Origin: Bacilli bacterium
Lineage (GTDB): Bacteria > Bacillota_I > Bacilli_A > RFN20 > CAG-826
DNA: 64,000 nucleotides
Direction: 5' to 3'
Assembly: GCA_045631885.1 (NCBI GenBank)
Contig: JAZQVN010000015.1
Location: forward strand, 2,452-66,451
Positions 56,133 through 64,000 of this stretch are shown piece by piece (the first letter of the stretch is position 1; every line of letters begins with the position of its first letter). The notes under the pieces were generated by a model that was not told where the DNA came from, ran no database searches, and worked only from the letters and a program-made list of their open reading frames with translations. The position numbers and the translations under genes were made by a program.

Positions 56133-57727
56133 TATTTATTTCCGCCCATTAATTCTTGAATATATGGAACCTCAATTGAGGCATCTAATCTTGGGAACAA
56201 TTGTTCGCCTTTATTAACGAGTTGTCCACCTAAATATGATAAATCATATACTTGGTCATATTTGACTTCTTCTGGATTTAATCCTAATTGGGCAAATAAC
56301 TTATCAGAAGCGGTCACTAAGACTGGTTTTAATAAATTTCCAGCGACAAATAAGGCTGTCGCTAAGTGATTCATGACACTCGCTAAATCTTTTTGTTTAG
56401 ATTCATCCTTAGCTAAAGCCCATGGAGTGGTTTCATCAATATATTTATTCGCTCTATTAACGATATCCATCGCACATGTAATAGCTTCAGTAATCTTTAA
56501 ATCATCTAAAAGATTCTCATATTGTTTAACTGATGCGTTAATAACGCTTTCAAGTTCTCCATCAAATGGAGTAACTTTGCCTTGATAAGATGGGATATTT
56601 CCTTGGAAATATTTATTAATCATAGAAACAGTTCTATTTAATAAATTACCTAAGGAGTTAGCTAAGTCGGTATTAGTTCTTTCCACGAATTGTTCTGGAG
56701 TAAACGAGCCATCTTGACCAAAGGTCACTTCTCTAGTTAAGTAATATCTAACTGCATCAACACCATATCTTTCCACGAGTGGGTATGGGTCAACAACATT
56801 ACCTTTAGATTTACTCATCTTGCTATCTCTCATCATTAATAAACCATGGATTAATTCTCTATCTGGTTTTCTGACATTGATAGATTCAAGGAACATTGGC
56901 CAATAAATCGCGTGGAATCTCGTGATATCCGCGCCTAAAATGTGAATAATTTCACATTCTGGATCTTCCCAGAACTTCTTAAATAATTCTTCGTTATCAC
57001 TTCCGTATCCTAACGCGGAGATGTAATTGGTTAGAGCATCTAACCAAACATAGATGACGTGTTTTGGATTTTCTTTAATTTGAATGCCCCAAGTGAAGCT
57101 TGTTCTAGAAACGCATAAATCATCTAATCCTGGTTTGATAAATGTGTTGATCATTTCATTCTTTCTAGATTCTGGTAATAAGAATTTTGGATTCTCATCA
57201 TAGAATTTTAATAAACTATCAACATATTTACTGGTTTTGAAGAAATAAGCTTCTTCTTCCGCTTCATGAACTGGTCTACCGCAGTCAGGGCAAACGTGTT
57301 CTGGTCCAACTTGAGTGTCAGTCCAGAAAGATTCACAAGGTGTGCAATACCATCCTTTATATTTACCAAGGTAAATATCTTCATGTTCTAACATATGAGA
57401 GAAGATCTTTTGGACGGTTTTAATATGTCTATCTTGTGTAGTTCTAATAAAGTCATCATTAGAAATATGAAGTAATTCCCATAATTTATGGAAACCTTCG
57501 ACGATGTTATCGACAAATTCTTGAGGAGTAACGCCTGCTTTCTTCGCGTTCTCTTCTATTTTTTGTCCGTGTTCATCCGCGCCTGTTAAAAAATAACATT
57601 CAAAACCTCTCATTCGTTTATAACGGGCAAAAACATCAGTTAAGGTTGTGCAGTACGCATGACCGATGTGTAATTTTGCACTTGGGTAATAAATTGGGGT
57701 AGTAATATAGAATCTTTTCTTTTCCAT
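56132..57727 (-). CDS. metG: Methionine--tRNA ligase (short form without the C-terminal OB domain)
   Basis: ITTPIYY, HIGH, zinc knuckle, YVWLDAL, KMSKS. Confidence 0.97.
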   Translation of the reverse strand: MEKKRFYITTPIYYPSAKLHIGHAYCTTLTDVFARYKRMRGFECYFLTGADEHGQKIEENAKKAGVTPQEFVDNIVEGFHKLWELLHISNDDFIRTTQDRHIKTVQKIFSHMLEHEDIYLGKYKGWYCTPCESFWTDTQVGPEHVCPDCGRPVHEAEEEAYFFKTSKYVDSLLKFYDENPKFLLPESRKNEMINTFIKPGLDDLCVSRTSFTWGIQIKENPKHVIYVWLDALTNYISALGYGSDNEELFKKFWEDPECEIIHILGADITRFHAIYWPMFLESINVRKPDRELIHGLLMMRDSKMSKSKGNVVDPYPLVERYGVDAVRYYLTREVTFGQDGSFTPEQFVERTNTDLANSLGNLLNRTVSMINKYFQGNIPSYQGKVTPFDGELESVINASVKQYENLLDDLKITEAITCAMDIVNRANKYIDETTPWALAKDESKQKDLASVMNHLATALFVAGNLLKPVLVTASDKLFAQLGLNPEEVKYDQVYDLSYLGGQLVNKGEQLFPRLDASIEVPYIQELMGGNK

Positions 57728-57798
57728 GGCGAATGAGCCTCCTTTAATAATATTAAAATAGTGAAGAAAACCGGATTTCTCCGGTAACTTTCTTTTTC

Positions 57799-58002
57799 TT
57801 ATTTAAGACCGTATTTACGATTGAAGCGGTCGACACGACCATCACTTTGTACGAATCTTTGTTTGCCAGTATAGAATGGGTGGCAATTTGAGCATGTATC
57901 AACTTTGATTTCCTTTAAAACGGAACCTGTTTCGAATGTGGTACCGCAGGAAACGCAGGTGACTGTGCAACGATTGTAATTTGGGTGAATACCTTTTTTC
58001 AT
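57799..58002 (-). CDS. rpmE: 50S ribosomal protein L31 (Zn-binding type)
   Basis: [30 protein letters not shown]. Confidence 0.97.
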   Translation of the reverse strand: MKKGIHPNYNRCTVTCVSCGTTFETGSVLKEIKVDTCSNCHPFYTGKQRFVQSDGRVDRFNRKYGLK

Positions 58003-58050
58003 AATTTCTCCTTCCGCCTGGAACAGTAACTTCGTCCAAGAAAGTTTGCG
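58003..58050 (-). promoter_or_regulatory. Probable L31 autoregulatory leader
   Basis: CTTGGAC...GTTCCAGG-CGGAAGGAG stem abutting the SD; resembles Firmicutes rpmE leaders. Confidence 0.45.
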
Positions 58051-58108
58051 ATATACACTTTATCAAATCATGGTATTAATAGTCAAAATATTTTTAAATA
58101 AAATTATT

Positions 58109-58483
58109 TTATTGAGCCCCGGGGTCTTCAAGAGCACATGTTCCATCGTCCCTCCCGTCTTCAAATGAGTCATGCAATACACCAGAATAATTCATTTTAC
58201 AATATAGGACTCTAACAATTTCAACTGTGTTTGTTTCTTCATGTATCAAATAAAAAGCATTGTAATTGCTTTCTTTAACTCTACGATATTGATTTCCACT
58301 TTCTCCGATAAACACAACAGGGTTTCTATTTGGCATCGTTTTAAGATTATCACATTTTAAGTAAATATTTTTCACGATATAGTCAGCAGCTTTTACTAAC
58401 TGAAAAGTTGTTACAATATAAAATTTAATAGAATCTAAATCCAAAACACTTTCTCTAGAAAAATGGACTTTGTATTTTTTCAT
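58109..58483 (-). CDS. RelE/ParE family toxin
   Basis: YKVHFS...DL..I..YI, L.TMP.R, YRR....Y..FY, V.IVRVLY. Confidence 0.85.
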   Translation of the reverse strand: MKKYKVHFSRESVLDLDSIKFYIVTTFQLVKAADYIVKNIYLKCDNLKTMPNRNPVVFIGESGNQYRRVKESNYNAFYLIHEETNTVEIVRVLYCKMNYSGVLHDSFEDGRDDGTCALEDPGAQ

Positions 58484-58788
58484 CTTTTTCTGCCTTTACC
58501 AAACAACATCTCTTTAACTTCTTCTGAGGTGTAGTAGTTTCCATTTTCATAATCTTTGTGAGTTTTTTCTAAACTTTCAATTAGTTCTTCATCAGTGTAA
58601 TCTTCAATAAAAATAGATTGCTTTGGTAATTTCAATTCAAAAGGAAGACCTTTGTTCATGATTATTTGCTTATAAAACATTTGAACCGCACCAGAAGCAC
58701 TAACACCAAGTTGATCTAAAATAGCTTCTGCTTCTCTTTTTAAATCAGCGTCCATTCTAACGTAAACAATACCATTTTCTTTTGCCAT
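58480..58788 (-). CDS. RelB/DinJ family antitoxin
   Basis: VRMDADLKREAEAIL..LG.S.S.A..MFYKQI....GLPF; 4-bp overlap with the toxin gene. Confidence 0.9.
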   Translation of the reverse strand: MAKENGIVYVRMDADLKREAEAILDQLGVSASGAVQMFYKQIIMNKGLPFELKLPKQSIFIEDYTDEELIESLEKTHKDYENGNYYTSEEVKEMLFGKGRKR

Positions 58789-58977
58789 AATCGTAAAATC
58801 TCCTCGCTTGTATTTTACTATACTTTTGCAATCTTTTGCAATAATAAAATTATTTATTATTTTTTGTATCCTCTTATGCTAACAATGTTAAACAATTGTT
58901 AAAAAAATAATAAAAAGTAATGCAAAACACGAATATTTTAAAGATTTTTGCGTAAATAGAGTCTATAATTGTTTTGC

Positions 58978-59176
58978 ATGAAAAAACATAAGTTTGAAAT
59001 CACACAAAAAGATATAGTCACGAATGGATTAATCGCAGCGACTTACGCTGTTTTAACATATATTAGTGCACCTATCAGTTATGGTGGTTAGTTATATCAT
59101 CTTCATATTTATGAAAAGAAATAAAAGGTTCTTTGAAGCCATTAGGGCAAATCGCAATATCGACTTTAAGTTTTGA
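58978..59176 (+). pseudogene. Internally deleted QueT-family transporter remnant
   Basis: MKKHKFEITQKDIVTNGLIAATYAVLTYISAPISYGG*, then in another frame a C-terminus-like SYIIFIFMKRNKRFFEAIRANRNIDFKF*. Confidence 0.65.
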
Positions 59177-59204
59177 TTGTGCAAAAATGAATTAGGTACC
59201 GAAT

Positions 59205-60227
59205 ATGAAAGTTTTACTTTATTTTGAAAAACAAGAGAAAATCCAAAAGTCTGGAATCGGACGTGCTTTAAGACACCAAATCGCCGCGTTAACTAGCGCA
59301 GGAATTGAATATACGCTTGATCCAAAAGACACATACGATATCGCGCATATCAATACTTATTTTCCAGATAGCAAAAGATTATTAAAAAGATTAAAGAAAA
59401 AAGGAATTCCAGTTATTGTCCATGGTCATTCCACGAAAGAAGACTTTAGAAACTCTTTTAGAGGATGGAAAGCAATGGCGTTATGGTTTAATCCTAATTT
59501 AATGTGGTTTTATAAAAACGCTGATTATATTATTACTCCTACGGAGTATTCTAAAAGATGTATCGATGCGTACAACTTAGGTACAGAAGTAATTTATGTC
59601 TCTAACGGTATTGATCCAAAAGAATACGCGAGAGACGAAAAGAAAATAGAAGACTTCAAAAATCATTTCCATATCAAAGAAAATGAAAAGGTCGTCATGG
59701 GTGTTGGATTCCCATTTAATAGAAAAGGCATCAAGGACTTCTTTGAAGTCGCAAAGAGTTTTCCAGATGTCAGATTTATCTGGTTTGGTGCCTTACAAAG
59801 AATCTTAACTCAACCAAATGTTTTGAAAGCAATTAAGAAGAGACCATCTAATGTTGAAATGCCTGGTTATATTGATAATGCAATTATTAAAGGTGCATAT
59901 AGATACGCTGAATGTTTATTCTTCCCATCATATGAAGAAACAGAAGGTATTGTCGTATTAGAATCTTTAGCATCATCTTGCCCAGTCTTAATTAGAGACA
60001 TCGGTGTCTATTCTGATTGGTTAGAAGATGGAAGAGATTGCTATAAAGGTAAAAACAATCGAGAATTCGTAGAGAAGATTGCTTATTTAATGAGTCATGA
60101 TAACTCCAAGATTATTCAAGAAGGACTTAAGAGAGTCAAAGAAAGAGAAATCATTGAAGTTGGTCAAGAACTCAAAAGAGCTTACGAATATTTATTAGAC
60201 AAATTCAATAAACAAAAACATGAGTAG
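59205..60227 (+). CDS. GT4 glycosyltransferase (glycolipid synthase-like)
   Basis: SGIGRA, HGHST.EDF.NSF, RKG, FPSYEETEGIVVLE. Confidence 0.88.
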   Translation: MKVLLYFEKQEKIQKSGIGRALRHQIAALTSAGIEYTLDPKDTYDIAHINTYFPDSKRLLKRLKKKGIPVIVHGHSTKEDFRNSFRGWKAMALWFNPNLMWFYKNADYIITPTEYSKRCIDAYNLGTEVIYVSNGIDPKEYARDEKKIEDFKNHFHIKENEKVVMGVGFPFNRKGIKDFFEVAKSFPDVRFIWFGALQRILTQPNVLKAIKKRPSNVEMPGYIDNAIIKGAYRYAECLFFPSYEETEGIVVLESLASSCPVLIRDIGVYSDWLEDGRDCYKGKNNREFVEKIAYLMSHDNSKIIQEGLKRVKEREIIEVGQELKRAYEYLLDKFNKQKHE

Positions 60228-61143
60228 ATATGTTATTTCCCTCGGTGGAAACGCGTTAGGAAATAACGCAGAAGAACAAAAAGAATTACTAAAGAAAGTC
60301 GCTGTCCCAATTGTTGAATTAATTCAGAATTGGCACGAAGTAATTATAGTCCACGGTAATGGTCCACAGGTTGGTATGATTAACCTCGCTTTTACTAATG
60401 ACAATGTTCCAGATATGCCATTCCCAGAATGTGGAGCGATGTCAGAAGGATATATCGGTTTTCATATCCAAAACGCGATTGATAATCGTTTACATGAACT
60501 AGGTATTCATCGCCCAGTCACGACGATTGTTTCTCAAGTTGTCGTCGATAAAGATGACCCTGGTTTTTCTAATCCCACAAAACCAATTGGAAAATTCTAT
60601 TCTGAAGCAGAAAGTAGAGAAATCGCTGCAAAAACGGGATATATTTTTAAAGAAGATGCTGGAAGAGGATATCGAAGAGTAGTTCCTTCACCACTACCAA
60701 TTGATATCGTTGAAAAAGAATCTATTAAAACATTAGTGGATAACAAACATGTCGTTATTTGTGCAGGTGGAGGCGGCATTCCCGTCATCAGAAATGAGGA
60801 TGGATCTCTAACTGGAGTAGCTGCGGTTATCGATAAAGATTTTGCCAGTGCGAAAGTCGCAGAACTAACCCACGCTGATTATTTGGTGATACTCACCGCA
60901 GTAGATAATGTTTGTATCAATTTCAATAAACCAAATCAAAAGAAATTAGAAGAAGTTTCAACAACCGAACTAGATGAATATATTGCTCAAGGTCACTTTG
61001 CCAAAGGTAGTATGTTACCAAAAGTTCAAGCTTGTTTAATGTTCTTGAAAGCTTGCCCAAATGGCGTGGCTATTATTTCATCATTAGAAAAAGCCACTTC
61101 TGCAATAAAAGAAGAAACCGGGACAATTATTAGAAGTAATTAA
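60220..61143 (+). CDS. arcC: Carbamate kinase
   Basis: LGGNAL, HGNGPQVG, PTKPIG, RRVVPSP, GGGGIPV, VIDKD, GSMLPKV. Confidence 0.96.
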   Translation: MSRYVISLGGNALGNNAEEQKELLKKVAVPIVELIQNWHEVIIVHGNGPQVGMINLAFTNDNVPDMPFPECGAMSEGYIGFHIQNAIDNRLHELGIHRPVTTIVSQVVVDKDDPGFSNPTKPIGKFYSEAESREIAAKTGYIFKEDAGRGYRRVVPSPLPIDIVEKESIKTLVDNKHVVICAGGGGIPVIRNEDGSLTGVAAVIDKDFASAKVAELTHADYLVILTAVDNVCINFNKPNQKKLEEVSTTELDEYIAQGHFAKGSMLPKVQACLMFLKACPNGVAIISSLEKATSAIKEETGTIIRSN

Positions 61144-61145
61144 AT

Positions 61146-63071
61146 ATGAAAGTATTAGTAGTAATGGATGCACTTGACGGGGAAAATTATGGAACCGTTT
61201 TTGATTGCATGAATATTATTAGATATCTACACTCAAGCGGAGATGATGTTCGTTTGTTATCTCCTAATGTGGAAAAGAATTCTGGTAATCTAGTTAATTA
61301 CTACTTAGTTAAAAAGATTGATAGCGCAGACTCAATTGACCCTATTTCTAAACTCAATAGTGCGATTTTAAATAACGCAAATAATAAATTCTTAAAAGAA
61401 ATTATTAATGACGCTGATGTTGTTCACATCATGATGCCTTTTGGTTTGGGTTATAAAGTCGCGAAAATCGCTAAAAAACTAGGTGTACCAATTACTACAA
61501 GTTTCCACGCACAAGCGGAAAGCGTTACTTCTCAATATAAGTTGATGAATGTTCGCTTTGCGAACAACACTATTTATAAATACTATTTTAAACATTTATA
61601 TAGTCTTGCTAACGCTGTTCAATATCCAACTGAATTTACAAAGATGATTTTTGAAGGCTCAGTTAAAAGAAGAACTAATTCATATATCATCTCTAGCGGT
61701 GTTGATGATGTTTATCAAAGAAGAGATGTTCAAAGAGATTCAACTTACTCAAAACACTTCAATATCTTGTTTATCGGAAGATTTGCTAAAGAAAAGAACC
61801 ACGAAGCCCTTATAAAAGCGGTCGCTAAAAGTAAACATAAAGACAATATTCAATTAGTATTTGCGGGACAAGGTTCTTATAAAGAAGAAATTGTTAAATT
61901 AGCAAAAGATCTAGGAGTTATTCCTCCAATCACACTATTTGTTTCTCGTGAATCCTTAGTGGATATCATTAATTCTTGTGATTTATATGTCCATCCTGCG
62001 GATGCGGAAAATGAAGGTATATCCTGTTTAGAGGCTATTAGCTGTGGATTAGTCCCAATTATATGCGATTCTAAGAAAAGCGCGATTAAATCAGTCGCAT
62101 TAAGCGAAAAGAACCTCTTTAGAGAACATTCAATCGAAGATTTAACCGATAAAATCGATTATTGGATTGAACATCCTAAAGAAAAGAAAGAATGTTCTGA
62201 ACAATATTTAGGATTCACTAAATCATACAGTCGAGAAATCTGCTTAGAAAAAGTAAGAAAAATGATTTTGACTTACTCTGATCCGATAAATCGTAATAAA
62301 TTAGTGAAATATTATTATTCAGATGAATTAAATGATGACTTTGCTTTTAGCAAAATTGAAGTCAAAAAGAGTAAAAAACCATTTAAATATATTCACAAGA
62401 ATCCTATTTGGAGATTCTTTGAATTCATCATTTATAACATTATTGCTAGACCACTAGTGTACTTAATTAATCAAGGCTTCTTCCATCAAAGGATTAAAAA
62501 CAAGGCTTTGTTAAAAAGATGCAAACACACAGGATATTTTGTTTATAGTAACCACACACACGGTATGGCGGATGCGTTTACGCCTAATATTCTTTCGCCA
62601 AAAAGAAATTATATTGTCGTAGGAAGAGAAGCTGTATCAATCAAGGGCTTAAAAGGTATTGTCACTATGTTAGGGGCAATTCCTTTATACACCTCGATTG
62701 ATGAGGTTGGACCATTTAATGAATGTATCAAAACAAGAGTTAATGCGAAGAAAAGAGCAATCACCATTTATCCAGAAGCACACATTTGGCCATACTACAC
62801 AAAGATTAGACCATTTAGAAAAGATTCATTCCGTTTTCCTGTTGATAATAAGAAACCAGTTTATGTTTTGACCCATACCTGGCAAAAGAGAAAATTATCA
62901 AAAAGACCAAGACTAATTAGTTATTTATCAGGTCCACTATTCCCGAACGAAGAACTCTCAAGAGTGGAAGCAATGGAAGATTTAAGAGAAAGAGTTTATC
63001 ACGAAATGCTAAGAGTAAGTAACTCTATTGAGCAAGTCGAAAAGATAAAATACATCAAAGTAGAGAAATGA
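61146..63071 (+). CDS. Fusion of a GT4 glycosyltransferase and a PlsC-like acyltransferase
   Basis: GRFAKEKNH, ENEGISCLEA; C-terminal SNHT...D and IYPEAH. Confidence 0.8.
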   Translation: MKVLVVMDALDGENYGTVFDCMNIIRYLHSSGDDVRLLSPNVEKNSGNLVNYYLVKKIDSADSIDPISKLNSAILNNANNKFLKEIINDADVVHIMMPFGLGYKVAKIAKKLGVPITTSFHAQAESVTSQYKLMNVRFANNTIYKYYFKHLYSLANAVQYPTEFTKMIFEGSVKRRTNSYIISSGVDDVYQRRDVQRDSTYSKHFNILFIGRFAKEKNHEALIKAVAKSKHKDNIQLVFAGQGSYKEEIVKLAKDLGVIPPITLFVSRESLVDIINSCDLYVHPADAENEGISCLEAISCGLVPIICDSKKSAIKSVALSEKNLFREHSIEDLTDKIDYWIEHPKEKKECSEQYLGFTKSYSREICLEKVRKMILTYSDPINRNKLVKYYYSDELNDDFAFSKIEVKKSKKPFKYIHKNPIWRFFEFIIYNIIARPLVYLINQGFFHQRIKNKALLKRCKHTGYFVYSNHTHGMADAFTPNILSPKRNYIVVGREAVSIKGLKGIVTMLGAIPLYTSIDEVGPFNECIKTRVNAKKRAITIYPEAHIWPYYTKIRPFRKDSFRFPVDNKKPVYVLTHTWQKRKLSKRPRLISYLSGPLFPNEELSRVEAMEDLRERVYHEMLRVSNSIEQVEKIKYIKVEK

Positions 63072-63086
63072 TTTTAAGGATAAGTT

Positions 63087-63113
63087 TACCGGAGCAATTC
63101 CGGTTTTCTTTTT
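63087..63113 (+). terminator. Intrinsic terminator
   Basis: ACCGGA-gcaat-TCCGGT followed by TTTCTTTTT. Confidence 0.7.
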
Positions 63114-63398
63114 GTTTATGTGAAAATACAAAATATCTAGGTTTTAAAATAAATTCGCCGCAAAACACTTGTTATTTTTTGAATAATCGGTGAATACACG
63201 GATTATTTTATTACTGTAATGCTGCACCATTTATACAATATGTTGTAGGTTATTGAAAATTCCTTGTTTACCTCTTGTATTCTTAAAACATTTTTGTCTC
63301 AATCTATATCTCAGATAACTTTGCTATGCATAGTTATTGCGATATTTTATCGTGTTGTGTTATTCTTTTTTCATTCATAAACAAGGAGGTGTTTAAGA

Positions 63399-64000
63399 AT
63401 GATTAGTAAAAAACTTGCTATTGAAGTTTTAAACGAAGCCCTTGCTACCGGTGCGGATTACGCTGAAATCTTTTTCGAAGATTCTCACTCATCTGGTTTA
63501 TCAATTGAAAACGGTAAAGTAGAGACAGCCAGCAGTAATTCCATGTGTGGTGTTGGTTTACGTTTATTAAAAGAAAATCAATGTGTTTACGGTTACACAA
63601 ATGATTTATCCAAAAAAGGTTTATTAAAACTAGCGGGTTCATTAAACAAGTCCTTCCACAGTGAAAGACTTATTACTGTCGAGAAACTCGATATGATTAG
63701 AACAAAGAATAGAAATCCTATTACTAACTCATATGATAACGTTTCTTTACAAGACAAAATCGATTTAGTGAGAGAAGGTATTGATGAAATCCAATCAATG
63801 AATGATCCAAGAATTGTCAGAACAGTTGGCTCATTCAGTGCAAATCATAGATTTGTAGCTATCTTCAATTCCAAAGGCAAATGGTTCAAACGCGATACTG
63901 AATTCGGTAGATTAGCTTTTATGGTTATCGTCGCTGATCAAAACGGATTTGAAACAGGCTTTGAAGGTCCAGGTGCTCAAGGTGATATCTCTTATTTCAG
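63399..64000 (+). CDS. tldD: TldD/PmbA family protein, runs off the right edge
   Basis: SD AAGGAGG; MISKKLAIEVLNEALATGADYAEIFFED...GVGLRL...YGYTND. Confidence 0.8.
   Translation, partial: MISKKLAIEVLNEALATGADYAEIFFEDSHSSGLSIENGKVETASSNSMCGVGLRLLKENQCVYGYTNDLSKKGLLKLAGSLNKSFHSERLITVEKLDMIRTKNRNPITNSYDNVSLQDKIDLVREGIDEIQSMNDPRIVRTVGSFSANHRFVAIFNSKGKWFKRDTEFGRLAFMVIVADQNGFETGFEGPGAQGDISYF

Noticed and set aside
57728-57798. T-box or S-box leader for metG
   Set aside because: Only 71 bp containing one hairpin; no T-box or SAM consensus.
1773-63642. Many 60-145-aa ORFs nested in or antisense to long genes (e.g. 39141-39575, 24633-24830, 20111-20389)
   Set aside because: Shadow frames of real genes, often caused by low-complexity codons.

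Overview
64 kb from a low-GC bacterium using the standard code; gene content suggests an uncultured gut/rumen Bacilli lineage (inference). (1) 1-17.4 kb is an AT-rich Wzx/Wzy polysaccharide locus with a phosphoramidate module: a Cj1418-like glutamine kinase fused to an HxGH cytidylyltransferase, plus a Cj1417-like hydrolase. It ends at a tRNA-Val/Thr/Leu cluster. (2) 18-32 kb holds mixed housekeeping and accessory genes, including a TIR-SEL1-TPR protein, an orphan MNT, a candidate ~200-nt ncRNA and an unannotated 27-aa hydrophobic peptide facing two tandem sRNA genes. (3) 32.5-49.7 kb is the strongest candidate for a new system. A GEMM-I riboswitch (A20 variant) heads a ~15-kb operon of TasA/SipW-type fibre subunits, a membrane-anchored McrB-like AAA+ protein, a nuclease-less DUF2357 partner with basic repeats, a SipW-type peptidase, an EAL phosphodiesterase, a degenerate nucleosidase and a degenerate GGDEF-EAL receptor. 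A fifth subunit is transcribed separately. (4) Next come a small RNase-like gene followed by a self-promoted 137-nt structured RNA, a GGDEF protein, and an IS200/IS605 element with resolvable ends inside a CDP-alcohol phosphatidyltransferase gene. (5) The window ends with metG, rpmE, a RelBE-type TA pair, a queT remnant, glycolipid genes, arcC and a partial tldD. All family calls come from motifs recognised by eye; no database search was run.
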